IMG/VR virus record: IMGVR_UViG_3300045285_000049
Coordinates: 1 to 40,712 of that record
Source of the DNA: a virus
Lineage: Duplodnaviria > Caudoviricetes
Reading direction: 5' to 3' (one strand)
DNA: 40,712 nucleotides
In this document: positions 8,697 to 15,005 of the stretch, piece by piece
How the letters are laid out: each line of letters opens with the position of its first letter
Position numbering within the stretch: the first letter of the stretch is position 1
Notes under the pieces: generated by a model
Told to the model about the DNA's origin: nothing
What the model saw: only the letters and a program-made list of their open reading frames with translations
The model's database searches: none
Translations under genes and position numbers: made by a program

Positions 8697-8860
8697 CCCG
8701 CTCGATTGTGGACATTACGGTAGAATCAGCCGTAAACAGTTGCGCCGTCCCGGCTGGAACCGGAACGGCGCTGGAACTGTATCAACTGGCCAAGGCCAGG
8801 CTGAATGGGCACTGTGCAGCGCCTATTTTGCAGACCCCTTGGCCCAGGTCAAGGAGAGCT

Positions 8861-9193
8861 GTGCCTATGTCTCCCAAATGTCCCACGATCGCCGCCATCC
8901 AGGCGGCGGTGGCCGCGCGCTTCCGCGTCACGGTCCTAGATCTGCTGTCCGCCCGCCGCGGTGTGGCGTGCGCGAGGCCACGCCAGGCGGCCATGTGGCT
9001 GTGCCGCCACGCCACCCTGCACACGCTGTCCGAGATCGGCCGCCAGTTCGGCGACCGGGATCACAAGACGGTCCTGAACGCCATCCGGCGGGCTGACGGC
9101 CTGATTGCGGGTGGTGGGGAGTTTGCCGACGCGGCGACCGGGCTGCTGGCCCGGCTGCGTGAGGATCATTCTGGTCGGAGGATTGCGGCATGA
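8861..9193 (+). CDS. Stand-alone DnaA C-terminal (domain IV) HTH protein
   Basis: ARPRQAAMWLCRHATLHTLSEIGRQFGDRDHKTVLNAIRR matches the DnaA domain IV signature; AAGGAG RBS before GTG 8861. Confidence 0.8.
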   Translation: MPMSPKCPTIAAIQAAVAARFRVTVLDLLSARRGVACARPRQAAMWLCRHATLHTLSEIGRQFGDRDHKTVLNAIRRADGLIAGGGEFADAATGLLARLREDHSGRRIAA

Positions 9194-10020
9194 GCGCACC
9201 GGCATTTGCGTGGGCGATGGAGCGGGGCGCGACGCTGAAGCTCAAGCCTGCCGACCGGCTGGTGCTGCTCTACCTGGCGGACATGGCGAACGGTGAAAAG
9301 GTGTGCTGGCCGGGGCAGGAAAAGATCGTGGAGTTCACCGGGCTGGCACTGAGGACGGTGCGGGTGTCGCTCCAGCGGCTGCATGGATTACAACTCATAC
9401 GTGCGGAAACCAGGGATGGATTTGTCACCCGGTACCACGTCCTGCGCACCGACACCCCGGCAAATCACCCCGGCAATTCGTATCAGGGTACCCCGGCAAA
9501 TAGTCTCCCCCTACCCCGGCAAATTATCCCTACCCACCCCGGCAAATCATGCTCCGAACCCCGGCAAATGGTGGCCCTAACCCCGGCAAATTGTCCCCCC
9601 GACCCTTTTAGTACCCAAGAAGAGACCCTTAAGACGCGCGTAGGCGCGCGCGAAGGCAAGCAAGCGAAGGTTGAAGATTCAGGAGAAGAGGCAAGCAAGC
9701 CCGCCGCTCAGGTGTCAGAGCCACCCAAGGCGCCGGTCATCGGGGTTGCAACTCCCGGTGGTGGCCAGAGCTACACTCCCCCCAAGGCCGAGGCAGACCC
9801 GCTCGATGCGCCAGTTGACCCGGAGACGGTGCGCGCGGCGTTCGCCGAGATGCGCCACGCCCTGCGGATGAAAGCCTACCCGCCCAGAGCCGCCGTGCTG
9901 TCGCGGCATGAGCAGATCGCGCTGTGCGATGACCGGCCACGTCCCAAGGCGGCTTACTTGACCCGCGAGCAGATCCACGCCGCGTCGATGGTCCGGCAGT
10001 TGGCCGTGATGGGAGGCTGA
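9190..10020 (+). CDS. Phage replication initiator (N-terminal wHTH, lambda O-like)
   Basis: LVLLYLADMAN...CWPGQEKIVEFTGLALRTVRVSLQRL; contains iterons. Confidence 0.8.
   Translation: MSAPAFAWAMERGATLKLKPADRLVLLYLADMANGEKVCWPGQEKIVEFTGLALRTVRVSLQRLHGLQLIRAETRDGFVTRYHVLRTDTPANHPGNSYQGTPANSLPLPRQIIPTHPGKSCSEPRQMVALTPANCPPDPFSTQEETLKTRVGAREGKQAKVEDSGEEASKPAAQVSEPPKAPVIGVATPGGGQSYTPPKAEADPLDAPVDPETVRAAFAEMRHALRMKAYPPRAAVLSRHEQIALCDDRPRPKAAYLTREQIHAASMVRQLAVMGG
9454..9591 (+). repeat. Seven iterons ACCCCGGCAA(A/T)T, probable replication origin
   Basis: Copies start at 9454, 9467, 9490, 9513, 9536, 9558, 9580. Confidence 0.9.
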
Positions 10021-10023
10021 CCC

Positions 10024-10188
10024 ATGGGCCTGATCGTGCTGCTGGTCGTGCTGCTCCTGCTGTTCGGCGGTGGCGGCGGCTACTACCTCCACGGCGCATA
10101 CGGTCCCGGCTGGGGCTACGGCGGCGGCCTCGGCCTCGTGCTGATCGTGATCCTGGTCTTCCTCGTGTTCCGCGGAGGTGCGTGGTGA
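10024..10188 (+). CDS. DUF3309-like Gly-rich small membrane protein (54 aa, not in ORF track)
   Basis: MGLIVLLVVLLLLFGGGGGYYLHGAYGPGWGYGGGLGLVLIVILVFLVFRGGAW; GGAGG RBS. Confidence 0.7.
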   Translation: MGLIVLLVVLLLLFGGGGGYYLHGAYGPGWGYGGGLGLVLIVILVFLVFRGGAW

Positions 10189-10343
10189 TCTCGCTCATCC
10201 TGCTCGTGTTCGCGTTCGTCTGCGCTGTCCTAGCCGCGTCGGCATGGCCCGTAGCGCTCTCTCGCCCACACCTCGGCTGGGCCGCCATCGCGTTCTGGAT
10301 CGCCGCCGAGCTGTTCGGTCGCGCCGGCCCGCTGCTGCACTGA
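10185..10343 (+). CDS. Small two-TM membrane protein (52 aa, not in ORF track)
   Basis: VISLILLVFAFVCAVLAASAWPVALSRPHLGWAAIAFWIAAELFGRAGPLLH; GGAGG RBS. Confidence 0.65.
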   Translation: MISLILLVFAFVCAVLAASAWPVALSRPHLGWAAIAFWIAAELFGRAGPLLH

Positions 10344-10912
10344 TGCTTGACGCAACGGTTGCAGTGTCGCTAGATGCCCACAACCGCGACGACATCGCCG
10401 CGTGCGGTAGCCGTTGGGCCGTCTGCCAAACACATCCCCAGGCCGAACGATGGGCACTCGCAAACCTCCAGCGCCAGGGCTATGCCGCGTATCTGCCACT
10501 CACCGCAGCATGGCGCCGCGACCGCGCAACGCCGACGCTCCGCCATCGGGTGCTGGTGCCATTGTGGCCCGGCTACCTGTTCGTGGTGCCAGGCTCGCTC
10601 TGGGCGCCAATCCGCTCCACAGCCGGCGTCTCACGGCTGCTCATGGCAGGGCTGAAACCGCACATGCTCGCTAGCGGCCTTGTCGAGGCGCTACAGGCCG
10701 GCGAAGCGGTTCGCGCTACACCCCTAGCCGGGCATTCGCTCATCGTCTCTGGCGAGGCTGTGGTGGTCAGCAAAGGGGCTGCCAATGGCATGGTCGGGGC
10801 CGTCATCAGCATCCACGGCGATCTAGCACGGATTGGCTGTATGTTCTTCGGCCAGTTGCGGGAAATCACCATACCAATTGCTAGTCTGGAACGACGCGAT
10901 CTCATACAGTGA
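10343..10912 (+). CDS. NusG/RfaH-family transcription antiterminator
   Basis: RWAVCQTHPQAE...QGYAAYLP...PLWPGYLFV (NGN) and GEAVVVSKGAANGMVG (KOW). Confidence 0.85.
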   Translation: MLDATVAVSLDAHNRDDIAACGSRWAVCQTHPQAERWALANLQRQGYAAYLPLTAAWRRDRATPTLRHRVLVPLWPGYLFVVPGSLWAPIRSTAGVSRLLMAGLKPHMLASGLVEALQAGEAVRATPLAGHSLIVSGEAVVVSKGAANGMVGAVISIHGDLARIGCMFFGQLREITIPIASLERRDLIQ

Positions 10913-11280
10913 GTGCTAGCACAAAAAAGATGCCTGTCGCAGCCTGGAAGCCAGGACAATCTGGCAATCCGCGCGGCAGACCGCCAGTAAATATCGATAT
11001 TTCCGCGCTCGCTCGCGTGCATGGTCCGCGCTGCATCGAAGTCGTCGTCGAAATGCTCAAGGACGAAGATCCGCGCGTGCGTCTCGGTGCTGCCAATGCG
11101 CTGCTCGATCGCGGTTATGGCAAGCCTGCGCAGCGCATCGAGGCCGACGAAGCTACGTCGGTTGTTCTCCTGCATCTCGCTGCAGCTCGTGCTATGTCAG
11201 CGCAACTCATCGATGGACAGGTTGAGCCTGCGCCGCAGCAGGAAACCAATCTGCTCGATGCGCCGATACCAACGGAATAG
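10909..11280 (+). CDS. terS: Terminase small subunit (DUF5681-type)
   Basis: WKPGQSGNPRGRP and LLDRGYGKPAQ motifs; upstream of terL. Confidence 0.75.
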   Translation: MSASTKKMPVAAWKPGQSGNPRGRPPVNIDISALARVHGPRCIEVVVEMLKDEDPRVRLGAANALLDRGYGKPAQRIEADEATSVVLLHLAAARAMSAQLIDGQVEPAPQQETNLLDAPIPTE

Positions 11281-11487
11281 CTACCGCACGCGCCAGTTCT
11301 TCGGTGCCGGATGTTTCAGATGAAATTGCACCAGCTTCATAAGCCACGCTTCAACGCGTGGCGGGATCTCAACCTCACCGCGTTCCCATGCGAGTGGCAG
11401 GTTGGTGTCGCATTTGATGTGCCGGACCAGCTCTCGCTTTGACCAACCCAGCACATCGAGCGCAGCAGTGAACTCAGTAGGGGTCAT
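11281..11487 (-). CDS. HTH protein, similar to 1727-1933
   Basis: MTPTEFTAALDVLGWSKRELVRHI...WERGEVEIPPRV. Confidence 0.7.
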   Translation of the reverse strand: MTPTEFTAALDVLGWSKRELVRHIKCDTNLPLAWERGEVEIPPRVEAWLMKLVQFHLKHPAPKNWRVR

Positions 11488-11729
11488 GCGCGTTTCGCCC
11501 AGTGCCACATGCCGCGACGCACGCCGTGGATACGCATCAACTCTTGTGCCTCGTCCTCAGTGATCTCGCACTCGTCAAACATGATCTCGATCAGGTCAAG
11601 GATCGCTTCGCTCTCTGTTGATCCGTAGCCGATCGATGTGCTGCCCTCATATGTATCATCCTCGATAGCGGTAAACCGGCAATCCTTTGGCGCAAAGCCG
11701 GTGTTGTCCTCGTGGACTACGATGCTCAT
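11484..11729 (-). CDS. Small acidic hypothetical protein
   Basis: D/E-rich, GAGGAG RBS, TGATG coupling with the upstream ORF. Confidence 0.65.
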   Translation of the reverse strand: MSIVVHEDNTGFAPKDCRFTAIEDDTYEGSTSIGYGSTESEAILDLIEIMFDECEITEDEAQELMRIHGVRRGMWHWAKRA

Positions 11730-11905
11730 CACTCAATCTCCTCTGTCACGGTGACATCCTCGAGCAGCGCGGTGCTGTCGTAGGGCTCGGTCTTGGCATC
11801 GCAGCACGGGCAATATGCCGGCGCTACAACCATCGCCTCGTCGCTCCATTCGTTCGGGCAGGCGTCGCAGAGGTAGTGGTTGCGGAAGATGCGGAAGGCT
11901 TTCAT
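11729..11905 (-). CDS. Small acidic zinc-finger protein (58 aa, not in ORF track)
   Basis: MKAFRIFRNHYLCDACPNEWSDEAMVVAPAYCPCCDAKTEPYDSTALLEDVTVTEEIE; AGGAG RBS. Confidence 0.65.
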   Translation of the reverse strand: MKAFRIFRNHYLCDACPNEWSDEAMVVAPAYCPCCDAKTEPYDSTALLEDVTVTEEIE

Positions 11906-11936
11906 GGCTCAAATCTCCTGATGCAGCCTGGGAAGC

Positions 11937-12074
11937 TCACGCTTCCCAGTTTTTGGTTACATTGGTTTCGGAATAGTCGGTCAGAACTCGGTAGGCTCGT
12001 TCGGCCATTTCCAGTGTCGGGTAAGTCTCAATCCTGGTGCCGAGAAGGTCTGTGATCGTGAGGCTGTAGGTCAT
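11937..12074 (-). CDS. Small hypothetical protein (45 aa, not in ORF track)
   Basis: MTYSLTITDLLGTRIETYPTLEMAERAYRVLTDYSETNVTKNWEA; GGAG RBS. Confidence 0.6.
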   Translation of the reverse strand: MTYSLTITDLLGTRIETYPTLEMAERAYRVLTDYSETNVTKNWEA

Positions 12075-12101
12075 CTGTCTGTCTCCGGTTTCGATAACGA
12101 C

Positions 12102-12130
12102 AAAATAGCGTTGGAGACCGGCAATGTCAA
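12102..12130 (-). promoter_or_regulatory. Sigma70-type promoter of the leftward operon
   Basis: TTGACA-17 nt-TATTTT on the minus strand. Confidence 0.65.
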
Positions 12131-12216
12131 CGACGAAATGGCGTTGCGATGCAGTTATTTTCAGGCACTAACATCGTGCAATGTCGTGATGTATCCGCAA
12201 ACGACCGTTTGAAGGG

Positions 12217-12495
12217 GTGGCCATGCACAGATGGACGGACGAGGACGCGTGCTTCGCCGCCGCGCAGTGGGCCAGTGGCATCAAGCAGCGCGAGATAGGC
12301 GCGGCATTCGGTTACAAGTCCGCGTGGGCCGTCTGCACGCAGATCGGCGGGTTCATCAGCAAGTATGGCCCCAGCCTCTATGCAGAGCCGAATCAGCATG
12401 GTTATCGCCACAAGGCGTGCGACGGCGAGCGCCGCGCTCTCGTCAGGCCAGCCATCGCCGAGTTCGTCAGACAGCGGAATGCGCGGCTGTCGTGA
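12217..12495 (+). CDS. Hypothetical protein, possible HTH
   Basis: RWTDED...GIKQREIGAAFG. Confidence 0.5.
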   Translation: MAMHRWTDEDACFAAAQWASGIKQREIGAAFGYKSAWAVCTQIGGFISKYGPSLYAEPNQHGYRHKACDGERRALVRPAIAEFVRQRNARLS

Positions 12496-12525
12496 GCCAC
12501 GCTGAAACCCTGTCGCCAGACTGGC

Positions 12526-13059
12526 TTACCTATGGGCGAACTCACCTTGCAGCAGTTTCGCTACTGCCCACCGGGCTGCTGCTGCCTCTGCTAGCGTGGC
12601 GAATTTACCGATGTGATATCGCTTCCCGTTATGAGTGATGCTAACCACGAAACCACCATCTTGAATACGCACACCCTTGACGCCCGAAGTATTGTTGCGT
12701 CGGCGCGGGCCGTTGGCCAGATTCTGTCCATGGGAAGCCGCTCGAAGATTCCTGGCCGCATTATTGGTCTTATTGTAATCGATATGGTCGATAATATCGG
12801 GCACAGGTTCACCGTGCACCAGCAACCACACGAGACGATGAGCCAGATAGTTCCCCGGTCTGATCCTGACCACGAGGTAACCGCCGCCACCCAGGCAGCC
12901 AGCGAGCTTGCCGGCATATCTACCGTTCCACCATATGCACCGGTTCATCGTATCAAAGTGTGTTCGCGCCCGGCTTTTCCAACGAAGCGTGCCAGTTCGC
13001 GGGTTGTAATCCAGAAGCTCGCGTACGAGGGCGCGATCTGGCAGTTTCCTGAGAGCCAC
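12526..13059 (-). CDS. HNH endonuclease with AP2-like C-terminal domain
   Basis: YLAHRLVW...IDHIDYNKTNN...NLR; NTSGVKGV...HIGKFATLAEAA; GTG start after GGAGGA. Confidence 0.9.
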   Translation of the reverse strand: MALRKLPDRALVRELLDYNPRTGTLRWKSRARTHFDTMNRCIWWNGRYAGKLAGCLGGGGYLVVRIRPGNYLAHRLVWLLVHGEPVPDIIDHIDYNKTNNAARNLRAASHGQNLANGPRRRNNTSGVKGVRIQDGGFVVSITHNGKRYHIGKFATLAEAAAARWAVAKLLQGEFAHR

Positions 13060-13125
13060 ATGATCCTCCATAACAGGTCATTGGTGAGGAGAGCGGTGGC
13101 GCGGCAAACGCCCCGTTCTCCGCTT
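13054..13125 (+). ncRNA. Two-hairpin element, copy A (candidate structured RNA)
   Basis: AGCC-stem-GGTGAG-long hairpin-CGCTT. Confidence 0.55.
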
Positions 13126-13137
13126 GAAACATAGCAC

Positions 13138-14592
13138 ATGAACGACGCCGAACACATGCCGTCTAACTGGGGCGACGCGATAGCTGCCGCGCAAAATCCC
13201 TTTGCCGTAGCCATGGCACGCTATGGTAGGGCACCGATTGCCTTCGTGCGGGAGGTTCTGGGCGCGGAGCCGGACCCGTGGCAGATCCAGGCATTACGGG
13301 CTTTCGCACGAGGCCATACACGGGTGTCCATCCGCAGCGGGCATGGCGTTGGCAAGAGTTGTCTCGCTGCCTGGGTCATGTGCTGGTATGCAAACACCAG
13401 GGCTCCATTCAAGGTCGCGGTAACTGCACCGACAGCACCACAACTATCAGACGTTCTTTGGCCAGAAACTCAGAAATGGTTCAATATACTGCCAGAAGGT
13501 TGGCGCAGTCTGTGGTCGATCACCAACGACCATATTTCCTTAAAGTCGGACCCTGAGTCGTTCATCACGGCCCGCACATCGCGGCCTGAGCAGCCAGAGG
13601 CTATGGCGGGCATCCACTCGACCAACGTGCTGCTGGTGGCCGATGAGGCGTCAGGCATACCCGAGGCGGTATTCGAGGCGGCGGGTGGTTCTATGTCCTC
13701 CCCAGGCGCCACAACGCTCCTGATCGGCAATCCCGTTCGCAGTTCTGGCTACTTCTGGCGAACGCATGTCCTCGAACGCGACCGCTGGCATTGCATCAGG
13801 GTGTCCAGCATCGACAGCCCGCGCGTGGCAAAAGGGTTTGCTGAGGAAATCGCCGAGCGGTACGGCCAGGACAGCAACGCCTACAGGGTGCGCGTGCTTG
13901 GCGAATTTCCGGCTCAGGACGACAACACCCTGATCCCGGCTGGCTTGGTTGATTCCGCCATGGTGCGTGACGTGGCGTTGGACATGACCGCAACAGAAAT
14001 TTGGGGAGTCGATATCGCTAGGTTTGGGAATGACGCCAGCGTGCTGATTAAGCGTAGGGGCAATGTCGTACCAGAGATGCCGCGTGTTTGGCACCAGGTG
14101 GATACGATGAGCTTGGCAGGGGCGATCAAGGCTGAGTATGACGCGCAAATCGGCTCCAAGCCAGGGCTTATCTGCATCGATGTGATTGGTGTCGGCGCGG
14201 GTGTTGTGGATCGCTTGCACGAGCAGAACCTGCCAATCCTTGGGATTAACGTTGGTGAGACATCCTCCGTCAGTGGGCGGTTTGCCAGATTGCGCGATGA
14301 GCTTCTGGTGCGTGTGCGGGAATGGTTGGAGACGCGGGCGGTGAGGCTACCTCGGCACGACCAACTGCGGGATGACCTCGTGATGCCGCGTTATGCGTTC
14401 CTGAGTGACGGCCGGATGCAGGTGGAGAGCAAGCAGTCCATGCGCAGTCGTGGGTTGCCGTCGTGCGATCACCTCGATGCATTGGCGCTGACGTTCTGCG
14501 AGCAGGGCCTGGGGATTGCCAGTGGCATGACCTCGGGCCTGCACGACAACCGCGCGATGCGCATGGACCTCACGGCAGGGGATTACGTATGA
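13138..14592 (+). CDS. terL: Terminase large subunit
   Basis: Walker A SGHGVGKS, Walker B LLVADEA, LLIGNP, nuclease GVDIARFGND. Confidence 0.95.
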   Translation: MNDAEHMPSNWGDAIAAAQNPFAVAMARYGRAPIAFVREVLGAEPDPWQIQALRAFARGHTRVSIRSGHGVGKSCLAAWVMCWYANTRAPFKVAVTAPTAPQLSDVLWPETQKWFNILPEGWRSLWSITNDHISLKSDPESFITARTSRPEQPEAMAGIHSTNVLLVADEASGIPEAVFEAAGGSMSSPGATTLLIGNPVRSSGYFWRTHVLERDRWHCIRVSSIDSPRVAKGFAEEIAERYGQDSNAYRVRVLGEFPAQDDNTLIPAGLVDSAMVRDVALDMTATEIWGVDIARFGNDASVLIKRRGNVVPEMPRVWHQVDTMSLAGAIKAEYDAQIGSKPGLICIDVIGVGAGVVDRLHEQNLPILGINVGETSSVSGRFARLRDELLVRVREWLETRAVRLPRHDQLRDDLVMPRYAFLSDGRMQVESKQSMRSRGLPSCDHLDALALTFCEQGLGIASGMTSGLHDNRAMRMDLTAGDYV

Positions 14593-15005
14593 GCGGCATG
14601 ATGCCACCAGAAGATGATCTGCCGCGTGGCTACGATGTTCGGCGGCAGCTCAAGGATATCATCTATCAGCTCGATCCCGACGAGGCGCCGCTTGCCGAGG
14701 CTGCCATGCGACTTAGGGCGAAGCAGATATTGGACGAGCTAGTGCGTGCTGACCCGCGGTGGGCGGCTGAACGGCGAAAGCGTCGCCGTGAACTGAAAGC
14801 CTGGAAGCGAGAACAAGACCGCTTGGCAAGGGAGGTCGGACAGCTCCAGATTCCGTTTATTGTCGCTGCGGTGAATGCCCCTGATGCTGTGCGCGATGTG
14901 GCAAATATTGTGTTGAATGTCAGTAAATACCTATTCGAGAGTCAAGCGCCAGCGGATCTCATCCGCGATCTGCTGACGACCACCCAGCAATGGCTGCCAA
15001 GATGA
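14589..15005 (+). CDS. Hypothetical protein inserted between terL and portal
   Basis: First 21 nt identical to the portal start. Confidence 0.6.
   Translation: MSGMMPPEDDLPRGYDVRRQLKDIIYQLDPDEAPLAEAAMRLRAKQILDELVRADPRWAAERRKRRRELKAWKREQDRLAREVGQLQIPFIVAAVNAPDAVRDVANIVLNVSKYLFESQAPADLIRDLLTTTQQWLPR

Noticed and set aside
9454-9591. CRISPR array
   Set aside because: Repeats are 12 bp with 1-11 bp gaps, lie inside a coding gene, and no cas genes are present; they fit iterons.
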